This document shows, piece by piece, positions 42,201-55,723 of a DNA stretch of 64,000 nt. The position numbers and the translations under genes are program-made. Within the stretch, counting starts at the first letter, position 1. Every line of letters starts with the position of its first letter. Source of the stretch: Geosiphon pyriformis uo1 (lineage: Eukaryota; Fungi; Glomeromycota). The notes below the pieces were generated by a model. The model was given only the letters and a program-made list of their open reading frames with translations, was not told where the DNA came from and did no database searches. The stretch is taken from the NCBI GenBank assembly GCA_016748015.1, contig JAAOMT010000494.1, positions 364,190 through 428,189 on the forward strand, written 5' to 3'.

Positions 42201-45200
42201 ATTGGTTCTGTTAAATATATATTGATATTTATTTCAACTGATAATATTGCTATTCTATCATAAACAAGTTTAAATAGTGTTGCTTATATAATATCTTGCT
42301 TTATTGTCTAATAAACAAATAATACTGATGCTATAAACAAATCTCATTTATTCTGGTTTTTTTGACTGATCTTGGCTATTGTTTAATACAATATTCTATT
42401 GAATTTTTCAACTAAGCCATTTGTTTGTAAATGATATAGTAATGATAATAATCTTTTAATTCCAAATTTTTAACTTAATTCTGTTAATATTCTGTTCACA
42501 AAGTAAGTTTCTTAATTTAATAATAATTCTTTAAGACATCTATATTGACAAATCAAATCTTGATAAACAAATTTGGCTATAAATTCTGCATTGGCTTTTT
42601 GAATTGCTTTCACTTCTGGCTATTTTGTAAGATAGTTTATAGCTACTATTATATAATAATTGTCTTTGCTGGTTATTATTAATAGTCTAACTAAATCAAT
42701 TCTAATTCAATTAAATAGTTGTCTTACTTTGATTAATCTTAGTAGTTTACTGGGTTTTGTTTCTTTTCTTTTCTGACAAACATCACAATTTTAAATATAT
42801 TGAATAATATCTGAGTATATGAATAACCAATAATATTTTTTTTGGTTCTTTCTATGGTTGCTTTTTTATAAAAGTGTTCTGCTATTAAATTTAAATGTAT
42901 GTTGAATAGTATTGTTTTTTTCTCTGATTCTGTAATTACTTTAAATAATTAATTTGAATATTTTCTGTTTTTTTAGTATAATATATTTTGGAAAGTAATA
43001 AAATATTTTGCTTGTTGTTTTATGTTGTTTTCTTTCTTTTAAGATAATTTCTCCTTAAACTATTAAGTGTTGATATAATATTAGAATTGTTGGTATTTTT
43101 GTGTGTTTATTTTTTGAGATATTTTTGGGTTGAAATGTTTTTAGATTTGTCTTATTTGTAATAAACTGTTAATATTTCCTTTTTTATAATATATAATATA
43201 ATTAAATAGTGATAATTCTATTTTCTATCTTGTATGGCAATTGTTTTCAAATTTTTGCTTTTAGATTAATGTCAATTCTTTGTAATTAATATATACATCA
43301 AACTTTTAATTTAAGTATTTTTTCTATTTAATAACAGTCTAATAGATAATTAAGTATTCTAATAATAAAGTTTTATAGTTTTTTTTGGCTGAACTTAAAC
43401 TTTTGTTGACATATGCCATTGGATGTTCTCATCTATCTATTTTTTTTTGTAATAATACAGCTCCCAATACTTAACTAAATACATCAGTAGTAATAATAAA
43501 TAATTTGTTGTAATCTGGATAGATTAATACTAGAACTTAAATAAGCTTTCTTCTTAAGATATTGAAAGCTTTTTGTTGGGTTTTAGTTAATTCATATTTA
43601 ATGTTTTTTGCTTAAAGCTGATAAAGTAGTTGAGCCAATTTGGAAAAGTTTTGGATAAAGTAACAATAATATTTAACAAATCTTAAAAATGCTCTTAATT
43701 CTGTTAAGTTTGTTAATAGTAAAAAGTTCTTAACTATTTCAATTTTGTTTAAGTTTGTTTTGATGCTATTTTTGCTTACAATATGTCTTAAAAACTTGAG
43801 TTTTATTTTGCCAAAAAAGCATTTGATTGTATTTAACTTTAATCCAATTTTTCTTAATTTTTTAAACACTTATTAGAAATAATAAAAATAATCATCAAAT
43901 ATTTCTAAAAACACATTGGTGTTATCTAAGTAGACTACTACTGATTTTTATAATAGTTCAGTATAGACAATTTTTATAAGTCATTAGAAAGTAGCTGAAG
44001 TATTGGTTAAGCTAAATGGCATAATATTGAATTTGAAATTTCCTTTTCTGATGGTAAATACTGTTTTCTTTTTGTTAACTAAATTCATGGCTATTTGTTA
44101 GTAATTATTATCTAAGTTTAATGTTGAAAACCATTTTTTTTCTCCAAAAACATTGAATAATTTTTGAATTTGTAGAGTTGGATAGCTGTTTCCACAAGTA
44201 ATACTGTTGAGTTTTTAATAGTCTGCACAAAAGCAAATCTTTTCATTTTTTTTATGAACTAATACCACTGGTAATAACCATAAACTCATTAATGATTGAA
44301 TTAATTTATTGTTTAAAATTTGGTTAATTTCTTGTTAGATGATTTCATGATTAGTTAATAGTACTCTGTATGCTTTTTGCTTAATTGGCATTGTATCTTT
44401 AGTTTTGATCTGATGTTAAATAATATCAGTTCTGTCAAATTCATTTTTACTGACAAAAATGTCAGTAAAGTTGTTAAGTAGCATTTTGAGTTGTATATGT
44501 TAAAGTGGGTCTAAGTTTTTTAAGTTTATTTGTCCTAATTGTTCTGGCTGTAATAAATAACATTCTTTTTGTTCATAGATTGTTTGTGATATAATATTTA
44601 TATATCCACAAAACTATATGGAATAATAGTTGGTAATTGATTTTTAATTTCAGTACTTAAGTATTTGATGGTAATTTCACTTGGTATTTTTATGAGGTTT
44701 TCAATTATATTATATATTAGAATTTTAATGTGTTTATTATTCTTAGCTAGTATATAAAAATTAATAATAACAATCTTTTTGATTCACAAATATTTGTTTT
44801 AGCTTCAAAAATTTGGGTTTGGTTTTTTATTTTTTTCTTTATAACTACCATATAATAAAATGAAAATTGATTAATGAGTGAAAATAATTTTTTTTATTAA
44901 TTGTTTTTTCTTTTACTATATTAACTAGTATACTTATTCTATTTATTAATCTGAATCACTTTATTTTTCTTACTGTAATCCCTAACTTTTTCCTTGTTTC
45001 TACTATTACAAATTGAGCTATTTTAACCAAAAATAGAAATATTGTCTGTACTATCTTTTTATTTGGTTCAATTATATATCTTTTTTCTGAGTCATTTTAT
45101 AACATTGTAATAATATTTCTCATATATTCTGTATCAATTATTCTTCTTCTAATATTAATATTTTTTTGCTAAACTAGATCTAAAAATTAGTTAAACCATT

Positions 45201-48200
45201 GTTGCTGGAATTTCCAGTGTTATTTTCAGATCTATACTGGTATGTAAATAAGATTCTAATCTGATAGTAGTTTTTTTTAAATACTTAAAATCAAATTCTA
45301 TATTAGTATTATGTGTATATTCTGGCATAATATTTTCATTATTATTACTGAACTATTTTAGTTTCTGTTCTATTAACAGATCTGAGAGCACAATATACTG
45401 TTTGGAGTTGTGATTAAAGTTTGAATCATTATTGTTGTCATTGTTATAGTAAACAAAGTTGAAACCATTGTTGTTATTATTGTTAGAATTTGAATTGTAT
45501 TTGATTTTTGATTTTGATTCTGATGTGCATTCACTGATTAATTTTTTTCTTTAGGAATTGAATAAATTATACATAGTAATAGATTATAGATGAAATCACA
45601 ATTATTACAATATTTAAAGTTACTTGGAATTAAACAATATTTACAAAATCTTGTTTTTAATTATTCCAAATATTGTTCTTGCTTTTTTCTAGTAAGTGTT
45701 AAGTTTTAGTAATGTTCATAAAATTGTTTTGGATCATTTAAGATGTCAAGAAATATATCTGAATTGGGAATAAAAATAGTTTCAACAGATTCTGGTAGAT
45801 TATTCTTAATTGTCAATATTTCATTGAGTAAAATGTTTTTAACTTTAGTACTTACTATTTGCCAAATTTTGTCTGTGTTATGTGAATAGCCATTTAAGTA
45901 TAAGAGTGCTTAGTTCTATATGGCATTAAAAAGTATTCCTCAGCTTATTCAGTTACTTATTAGAATTATGTACTAACATGATACATTGCACATTCTTTTT
46001 TGACCAGAAATATTATTCCATATTTTTTTATTAAATAGTGTTTCTTTACAAGTAAAACATGATTTGTTGTTCTATTTTCTTTGTTGTTTAGAGTAACTGA
46101 AATGTTCTTAGTAATATAATTTACAACAATAGTAAATGTGTATCCAGTAGTCTTTATTTGACAAGATTTAAGCTTTTATAAAAAAAAGCTTTTTCTTATA
46201 ATTAATGTATTTTAATGAAATATAAAATGATTTTTTTTGTATTTACAGAGTATAATTTATTCTAGCCACTGGTTATTTCTTTGGTGGCTGTGGTGGCTTT
46301 TGGTTTCTTCTCTTTTTTTTTATTATTATTATTATTTCAAGAGAATATTAGCAGTAATTCATTGTATTTGTTTTCAGTCCATAAAACTTGATAGGCTTTT
46401 CAAATAGGTTTTTTTTTTTCTTCCAACTTGATCAATAGTTGCTTTCTTGAAGAAGTTTTGAAATGTCTACAAATAGCTAATACTCAAGTTTGCTGATCAT
46501 TTTGATTGAGTTGTAGCTCTTATATAGTCCAATTGAGTACAGCAGTAATTTTAAACAACCAGTTATTACCAACAAAAGCTTGGTATTATATGGCTTTTAT
46601 TACAAGAATCTTGATAAGTGCTGTGATGTCATTAACTTTAAATGAAAAGTCATCAATTTTGCTAATAGAAGTTTTGGTGGCTCTATTAGTGGTAATAATT
46701 CTGGTACTGACAGTGTAATTAACTCAGTAACTTAATTGGTTCATGAGTTGTTATGTAATAATGCTGTCTGTAAAACTACTATTAAGAATTAATTTAATAG
46801 AGTAATTATTAATTTTAGTGTTAGTATATATAGTAGTAATTGGTTTGATATTAAAAATGACTTTACTGAATAAAAATGACATTGTTAATTCTTTTATTTC
46901 AAAATAAAATATGACTGTAAGTAATTTGTCTTTAGTAATAATTGCTAATAGAATATTGTTGGTAAGTAGTATTGTTAGGCTTTTCAAGTTGTTAAATGAA
47001 TTGGTTTTTGAAGTGACTAAGAAACTTAAATAGTTCTGAAAATTCAGGTTTTGAGTATACTTACTTTCTAAACTCTGTTGATGTAATTCTTGAACTGGAA
47101 ATTGGTTGGTATATTATTATTGCTGATCTTCAATTTTGTTGCATGTGAGTAATTTTTAGTCTTTGGTTGCCAGTTGATATTTGAACTAAGTTTTGGGACA
47201 GTATTTGAATTGGTTATGGTTAATAGATAATTTGTGGCTGTAACTCATAGATAACTGGTACTAAAATTTGATATACTAAAAAGAAGTATATTGGTTGTTG
47301 TGTTATTAGAGTGTAATAAAGTTGATATAATTTTTAATATTGAGTGTAATTCAGAATTTGAAACTAGTAATTAGAGTTTTGATATTGATTTTTCAATTGT
47401 TGGTTATTTAATTTTGCACAGCAATCTAATTTTAGGTGCCCTTGTTTATTACAATAGTAACAGATACATGTTTTTTGCTATCATGATTGATTGGTTGATG
47501 AAAATAATAAACATAATTAATCTTAAAAATGATTAAAGTTTTTTTAATTGTTATGATATTGTAGAGACTAATAAATTACTTGATTGTTAACTAAGTAATT
47601 CTCAATTTTTTTATTAATAGTTTCATCAAATTGTTTCAATTTGGTATCTAATTCAGATAATCTATTCATTATTAGGTTAACAGCTTGGACATGGTTGGCT
47701 TTAAGTTTAGCCAATTTAAAATTTTAGACATATATAACTATGTTCTAAAGAGTATTTGAATGTATTAAGTGTATTTGTTGTAATAAACTACTGTATAATT
47801 TGTAAATAAACTGGTTCAAGATTTGTGCTTTGGTAAAGTAGTCAGCTTAAATTGTCTGTATTTGGCATAAATTTTTGTGAAAATGTTCTAATTAAGTGGT
47901 AATTGCTTTAATATCATCTTGTTTAATTGTAGTAAAACTAATTAATAATTAATTAATGCTGTTGTAATTACTAAAATATTAAAGAAATAGAGTTTTAAAT
48001 GCATTAAAAATTTGTGGCTTGTTAACAAGATTCTAATATTATAAATTGGCAGTATTTTGTAAGAAGTAAGGAATGGCTTGAAAGACTTTAGTATTATTCT
48101 AATTATTTGTAATTGTCTTGGTAATGTTATTTAATCATGTTTGGGTGTTGTTTTTTTTACCAATAAATTTTTCAAGTTTGATGATAAGTGTATATACTAT

Positions 48201-49234
48201 TGGCACTAATTGTTGTTGTTGTGGTTGTTATTGAGATTGTTATTATAATGATACAATTGGTACAACCAGTAAATCAATCACAATTACTAAAGATAAGTCT
48301 TGTTGAATAATAAGAGTGGAGTTTGAATTGTTTAGGTTTTTTGGAGTTTGTATTTTTGAGTTATTTGAGATCAGTTTTTGGTTATTATTTTCCTAATCAT
48401 TGTCTTCTTTTTTTGAATTGGTATTTTTTAATGACTGGTAAATTTGAAATCTGGTTAAAATGGTGATAATTGGAGTTTTGATAACATTGTTGATTGTAAT
48501 CTAAATTTTTCAAAGTAATCATTATAGATTTCTAATAATTTGGCTTTCTTTTAAATATTTTGGAATAGTACTTTAGATAATAATGTTTTTGCAGTTAATA
48601 GTAATATAAATTCTGCTAATATGTATATAGTACTTTCTAATATATAATGATATAATGAGTAAATAAGTGAAACAACTCTTAGTTTTTTCTAATTAAGCAG
48701 TTGTATTTTTTTTAATGTTTTTGCTAATGTTTGTAATTTTTTTTTGTCTACAAAAATAATAAGAAATTTCTGTTGGGTGTATTTTTCAATTTCTTTGTTT
48801 ATTTCTGTAATTTATAATACAAACAAATAATTTAGTGGAAGTGTAATACTTTAGAATAATTTGCTATAAAAATTATTAAAAACAGCTTCTGAATTTTTTT
48901 GGTTTTCCAAGTAGGATTTAATTTTTTCATTGATATAGAAATTGAAAACTAATTCTGTTGGCCAATTGTTACTTGTCAATTCAAAGTGACTTTAATAAAA
49001 TTGAAATAAGGATTTCACAAATCTTAAATAATTTTTTCTTATAATTTTTTGGTTTGCTACTTTTCTAAATAGTTGCTGTTAGTGCTGGTTTTCTGTTAAA
49101 TTAAATCTTACAGGGAGCACTAAATATTATAGATAATTATTTAAGATGTTGGAACAAATAACAAACTCATAATTTGGTGCTCAATAGTTGATAATATTGG
49201 TAATTTTTGAAGGTTTTGGTTGAGTTTTTTGTAT
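39263..49234 (-). mobile_element. Near full-length degenerate Ty3/Gypsy element 4 (family A), minus strand
   Basis: 3' LTR at 39263-40071 with PPT ~40075-40085. ORF3 ~41705-40090, IN ~43110-41730, RT/RH ~44300-43141, dUTPase ~45350-44930, PR ~46800, gag from ~49060. PBS ~49107-49122. Partial 5' LTR 49125-49234, cut by LTR C. Confidence 0.88.
40451..41394 (+). mobile_element. Solo LTR, family D, inserted in ORF3 of element 4
   Basis: TGTTAC...GGTAACA termini with a 4-bp TSD CTAT/CCAT (one C>T). The host ORF3 resumes on both sides. TTGCCGAAAT-like repeats precede TGTATAAAG (~40799). Confidence 0.8.
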
Positions 49235-49944
49235 TGTTATGGATTGGAATAACAAGCTAACAAATAGCAAAAGAGAACAGAATTGTAGAATAATGAAAAA
49301 AATCAAAAAAAATTCAACTTCAAAGAGTGAATTGAATGAGTATAGATTCAATATGTAAGATCAGTTTCATAAAATATTTCAGTTACTATACTTTTTAAAA
49401 GATAACCAGAAAATTTGAAGATAAAAAAATAGTCCATACTGTCAACAATTAATTATACACTGGTATAATTCTATGCCTCACATTAGTGCTCTTAGAATTT
49501 AATATTAAATATCAGATGTACTCTTTAGTCACATTTTATTTAATAATCTTTAAATACTACAATTACACGTTTTCAGAAAAAGATAAATAAATGCCAACAA
49601 GTAATCTTTTATCTTAAGATGTTCAGATACTTGAAGGTAAGGAAAGAGAAATTAGTAAAAAGAGAAGAATTGAGATAAAGTTGTTATTTTATTTCTTTTA
49701 TTTCTTTGATTCTTATATGCTTTTCTATAACTAAAAGATTTATTACTTATATAGTTATCAAAAGTGGTTAATGATTAGGTTAATGACTAAGTCAATAATC
49801 AAGTCAATAATCAGGTCATTAATTAAGTTAATAATTAGGTCAATAATCAAATAATTAGCCAGAGTTTAGTTTAAAGTCAGAAAATTCAAAAAATAATAAT
49901 TCAAAAAATGGCTAAGAATACTCTTAAAATTTACAAATATAACA
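49235..49944 (-). mobile_element. Solo or recombinant LTR, family C
   Basis: Reverse-complement homologue of 14979-15632. Seven 12-mer repeats at 49770-49853. Flanks are discordant. Confidence 0.75.
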
Positions 49945-52185
49945 ATCAAAGTTGCTTTATTTTCAGCTTGTAAATGTTCAAAAGTTTTTAAATTATACAA
50001 CAATAAATAATACAAGACTTTATTAAGAAAGTTTCTAGACAATTTAGCTTTTAATCTTAAATTTTTTCTAATTATAACAACTTACTTATAACAAATATTA
50101 ATTAAAACAAAACTAAATTATATACAATAATTAATTATAGGCTGTAAGACAACAAAAACCAAGTAACAAAACTACTTATTCGAAATTGTTTTCTTAAAAC
50201 CACATTTGCAAAAAACCTAATATCTGAATAAGCTTTGGCCAAACTAAGCTTAAAAAGACTCTTTATAAAAAAAAATTTCCAAGTAATAATGTAATTTGCT
50301 TTTTCTTATAATTGAAATAAAACTTCTATTAATACTTAACAAATCATTTTTTACTCTTTAGTTAATGAAAATAGCCACTATTTTATTATTATTAATTGAA
50401 ATATTATTGATTTTAAAAAATTTACTGGCAATATTCAAAATATACTAAGTTAAAATTTGGCTATTTTTTACCTAAATAATGTTATTAATAAAAGCTTTAA
50501 TTGTAAAAAATGAAGTTTTTTCTTTAATGTTTTTTATTTTGCCAGTTTTAACTACAAATTTTATATTAATTTGGTAATCACACAAATGTTTCTGTCTTTT
50601 AATCTTATATAAGAAAAAATTATAAAAATTTTCTAAAGAAAAAATAAAAAAACTTTATTCTAGTTTAATTTATTATGTACATATTTTAATATATCTTAAA
50701 CTGTTTCTTAAATAAAACCAATTAATTAAGTTAGATATTTTATATATGTTTTGTAAAACCAATTACAATTTTCTATTTTTTTCAAAATATTTTTAACAAC
50801 CAATTTAACTACAAATACCAAAAACTAAGTCAATATATTCTTTAATACCAAAAAATTATCTTCATAAAAAACACCAAATTTGCTATACACAAAAAAAATC
50901 TGGTCTAAAAAAATTTTTAATAAAATTTTCTTGATTATTTTTAATAAAATTTTCTTGATTATTTTTAATAATACTATTAACCTAATATTAGTTAATATAT
51001 TATTCTAATTATAAAGCTTTAAAATTATAAATATTTAAGTCTTTTTCTACAAAACAGAAATTATACTAATATTTAAGCAACAATTTAATAAAATCAAAAG
51101 ACAATTTATTACTTTAGAACCACAATGTTTCTATAGCTTATTTGAGATGTCTAACAAATCAATAGCTTTGCCATTAAGTAATTCTTCTATAGTTTGAATC
51201 AACTCTTTTATGTTGACTTGTTTTATAATACCAAAAAATACATTATTTTTAACATAATTTAACAGTATATATTAATAAACCAAAAATCTGGCACTATTTT
51301 AGACACTAATCTCTTTCTAGTTCAACTTTTTATTATTTTATTTATTTTGTTTCTCATTATTTCAGATTTTAAATTCAAATTTTTACCAATTATCAAATAA
51401 TCTAAACCTATTTTTTGAAAAAACTTTTTAGAACACTTCTAATTATACAACTTTTATTATATAAAAGTTTTTTGTCTTTTTATTAATTGTGTTTTTAATT
51501 ATAGCTGCTTTTACAGTATTAGATTTTTGGTACTTAGAAGCCCAATACTTTTTTTTAACTTTAACAAATAAAGAAAATTTTTTTTACTTTTTATTTTACT
51601 TTTGATTAAAAAAAACATCTTAAAAGATTTATTAATATTTAATCTTGACCAAATCAACATAAGATAATTAAAATTAATGACATTCTCTAAAAAAAAACTT
51701 TAATAATTTTAAAGATTAAAACTTCTAATCTGCAAAATTTAGAAGACTGTTTATTCTTAAAATTATCAAAATTCTTAACCAATTTCTAAAAAAAACCTGG
51801 TTTATTAATTCAATTATTACTATTCTTAAAAAATTTTATATTGTATCTAAATTGTTTTGTTTTTTTGCATTTTAGAATTTATAAAACACTTAAAATATTT
51901 TTTTGGATAAATATCTTTTAAACTAAATTTATTTTAAATTATCCATATTTTTAAAACCAAATTTCTATTAATTTTATTAGCATATTTTTGGATTGTATTC
52001 AGATATTTGTTTAAAAATTCACTCAAGCCAAAAAAAATCATAACAGCTAAATAATTAGTATTAAAAAAATTAGAAATACTTATGATTTTTTGTTTAATTA
52101 CAGCTGTTAAAAAATGTTTATTAACAAAAACATAATCAATAATCTTTTTTACATCTTTTAAATTGTTACAAATTTAGAAAATAAA
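49945..52185 (-). mobile_element. Extremely decayed LINE ORF2 (end of AP endonuclease into RT)
   Basis: The minus strand near 52150-52000 reads VKKIIDYVFV...FFNTNY (APE IDY / DTDH relic). The remainder is colinear, AT-shifted ORF2-like sequence. Confidence 0.6.
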
Positions 52186-52189
52186 AAAA

Positions 52190-54790
52190 AATTCTTTCTT
52201 TCATTGATCTCTTAACCACAACAAAAGCTTGAAGTTGTCAAAGAGATAGTTTTTCTTACTCTGTTTTCCCTTTGTCTCTTTTGTTATTTCTTCAAACGTA
52301 CCTCTATTTGTGCCTATGAATCCAGTGGGCTCTTCTGCTGGTGCTTTGAGTTCAAGTTTGGCTGGGTTGAGATTCTGGTCTGGCAGTAAAAAAATTAAAG
52401 TGCGCATTAAGAGTGTATATTCGCATGGTTTTTCATACAAAAAAATAAAGTTGCTTGGTGTCTTTAGTGACATTATGGACTTGTCGGATGGCCTGATTTT
52501 GGTGGGTATGCTACATAATAATGGTGTTAGACTGCAGAGATTTTGGGAAAGCGAGGTGGATAGTAAAGAAGCAGGTGTTAGTGAAATATTAGATGCTGAG
52601 AATTTAGAAAGCACGGTTGCTGAGGAGCAGATTTACATAGATCTCAACACTTCTGAGACTGATGAAATAGAAGATGATACAACTCTGAGGAAAACACGAA
52701 CAAGAACCCTTGTTTTGGACAGCTGCCAAAGGCAATTTCCTTTGCAGGCATAAGTGATGACAATACTGAATTGGTGCTTTCTGGAGCTAAATTTGCTGAA
52801 TCCAATCGGCTACCACCTGTAATTTCACATGTTTTGGAACGTCATGCCTTTGAACCAGTTAAATTGTTCATCTTAGATGTAAAGTTGTCAAATGTGCCTG
52901 GAAAGACTAATAGTGATAAGTTGATTTCAATTAAGAAAATTTTTTACAGAATTGATGATTTTGGGGGAGTCTCAACTCCCTCAAAATTTTCTGGTATCAT
53001 TTGGTTAACTTTCACAAGTGGATCTAGTTTGAACAAGGCCAGAGAAATGGTGATCAATGGAAAAATAATTGTGAATGATGATTTCAAAAAAATCAACAGC
53101 CATTCGGATTGGGAAATAATCATCAAGGAGATCCCAGTAGATCTTCTCAAATCAGCGATTGAGACAGTGTTCTCCAAATTTGGCAAAATCATATCAATCA
53201 AGATGTAATTAATTGGGCTTTGGCAGAAGGCTTTGGTAGAATTTAAGTTTACTAAAACTGCATGTTTGGTTGTGTCTAAATAGTCAGTTCTTGTGGGTAA
53301 GAATTCTGTACATGTTGCTTTGCGCCACCAAGAATAACAAAAAAAGATTCATTAACAGCCCTTGCAATTAAAAAATTGATCTCGGCAGCTTAGAAAAACC
53401 GAACAGTCAAAGAAGCTCCAGCATAAAGCCCCAAGATAGAAACTGAAAGTTTGTTTTTAAAGAGTAATTTAATGCAGAGAAGGTGGCCAGGAACCTCAGA
53501 AACCTTATTAACATGCTTAGCTAAAGAATTGTCCAAAACCATCACAACACCAGCTCCAGTATAACCAAAGGCCAAACCAGAAGAGAAAACACAAATGCCA
53601 TCAAACTTGCTAGCCAACCAAGGATGAGCTTTATCCTTCAACTTTGTTTCCGTGAGAATGAAAACCAAATTGTACAAATCTTTGTGCCAATGCACAATGT
53701 CTTCCTGTTTTGTGAAATTGTTTATACCTTGAACATTACATATAGCTATCTTCCAAATGATATTAGTTATTGAGAGGGAAGTAATCCAGAACCCAAACCA
53801 GCATTTTCCAACCTGGCCGAAAGACTCATAACAGTTTTCAAAAGAATATCCAGAGTGTCTTCCAATTTAAAAACTGCTGATGAATTGTAAACAACCATCT
53901 CTGCAACAGTCTCACCACTAGTGGCTGCACCCAAACTCTTACTCATCACTGTATCTACTTCTTGATTCTGTGATGAAGGGGTCACCAATGGCTAACATCT
54001 AGGGCTATGCTAAGAAACTGTCAGCCTGAGTGCATCCAACCTCTTGGCCAGCTTATCAACCTGCTTAGCAAGACTGATGAGACTGTGCTCGAAAGCGGCA
54101 AACCTATTATTCACATCCAAAGAAAATTGAGGGGGAGGTATCATGGCCGACAGTGAACCACTACCAGAAGAAGATGACAAAGCCATGTAAGAATTGGAAT
54201 CTCCAGTAACTTGAACCCAAGTTTTACCAGCAAAAAACACAAAACGGGAGATAAGAGCCAGCTTTTTCTTATAAATGCCAGCCAGATGAACCTGATCCTG
54301 ATCAAAAAACACTTGTTTCTTATGGACACCAGAATTTCCACCCAAAGAACAGTTGATTATAATATGACCAAAATGTTTGCACTAAGTGCAACTGGCCAAA
54401 GAAAGACCAGCCCACTGCAAATTCACACTCTTGAAAACAAGAACAGAACCAATAGCAGCCAACTTGGATGCCTTACTTTCAAAACAAAAAACCACACACC
54501 TATCACAAACATATGAACTAGGATTTCAGCCAATAAAGCATGTTTTCTCACCATAAGCTTTCACCAACTCAGAAAGATCATATACAGTAGTACTGATCAG
54601 AAGGGTGTATAACAAAGTGCAATAATGGTTCCTTGAAATTCATAGCTCCTTGTTACTGATGGCACTTTAATGAAAATGGTTCTTAGAAGTGCACCAGTTT
54701 CAAAAAATGCTTTGATTTGGGTTTGGTTAACTCTCTGAGGGGGAGCTCTTTTGTGAAGTTACTTACTTGGTGTAACTCTCGTGGTGTCAC
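52190..54790 (+). mobile_element. LINE 5' portion: 5' UTR, ORF1 (RRM-like plus CCHC knuckle) and ORF2 AP-endonuclease N-terminus, with internal inversion 53323-54663; truncated by element 5
   Basis: ORF1 reads MNPVGSSAG...IIIKEIPVDL..VFSKFGKIISIKM. The inverted block carries CT.CKHFGHIIINC and the ORF2 start WKIAICNVQG...ILTETKL...GAGV...ILGG, which continues on the plus strand as DFNE...TWCNSRGVT. Confidence 0.88.
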
Positions 54791-55252
54791 TGTTATTCAT
54801 AGAAATATAGGAAATATATTAGCATAATTATTAGCCAATCAGAAGTAAGCATAGTAAATGTGGAATTCTAAGATTCCTCTTAGGAATTGCAGGATTCCAG
54901 GAATTTCAGGATTTCCCAACGAGGAATTGCAGAATTTCAGAATTCCAAGATTCCTCTCAAAAGAATTACAGGATTCCAGAAATTCCAGGATTCCTGTCGT
55001 GAAGAATCAAGGAATTGAGGAATTCCAATTATGTATATATAGTGGTAGTATTAGAAACAGAAAAGACAGAATCAATACCACAGAATCCTTAGCCAAAAAA
55101 CAAAATCATCAAATAAATAATTATTCCATATCTCAATCCACTTTCCACTATCAACACTTCATGTTGATAGTAATTGATACTTAACCACACTGAAACAATA
55201 GCTCTTGATCATGGCTATTGATAGAATACTAATCTGCCAAATTGTCTGGGCT

Positions 55253-55284
<32 letters not shown>

Positions 55285-55661
55285 CTTTCATTTTTCTTTA
55301 TTTTATTTTCTTTTGTTGTTTACTAATTGAGAAAAAAAATTAAGCACTGAGTTATTGATGTCAAGGATAGCCTGGTAAAAGACCCAGAAATAAGAGTAAA
55401 ATTTTATATATTATCGGATAGCTTATCAGAAGAGCACGACTGCCAGACTAAATCCAGCCACCACGCTGAGAAAAAAATTGGGAAAACTCTTGGAAAGATA
55501 CATCTACTATTAACACTATTGAATTTCTGTCTATTATACAAAAGACTCCATCAAAACCTTCAGACACAACACCTTCAGAACATCATCAATGAAAGTAGCT
55601 TTTGAGCACCAAGTTATGGGTTTGTTATTTAATTCAACAGTAAAAACAATCCCCTGTAACA
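54791..55661 (+). repeat. 5' LTR of element 5
   Basis: TGTTAT...TGTAACA. GGAATTCCA-type 9-mer array at 54861-55028, TATA-like TGTATATATAG at ~55032, poly-T tract at 55256-55283. Confidence 0.92.
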
Positions 55662-55663
55662 TT

Positions 55664-55680
55664 TGGTGCTCCCTGTGAGG
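55664..55680 (+). other. Primer-binding site TGGTGCTCCCTGTGAGG
   Basis: Lies 2 nt after the LTR. Complementary to a tRNA 3' end CCTCACAGGGAGCACCA. Same motif at ~19261, ~20634, 24223 and, on the minus strand, ~49122. Confidence 0.88.
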
Positions 55681-55723
55681 TATAATCCTACAGAGAACCA
55701 GCATCAATAACACCAAACCAAAA

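Noticed and set aside
49770-49853. Regular repeat arrays in LTRs as possible CRISPR or iteron arrays
   Set aside because: Head-to-tail 9-12-mers without unique spacers, in a eukaryotic context with no cas genes.
50914-50971. Perfect 24-bp tandem duplication
   Set aside because: Simple recent slippage within a dead LINE.
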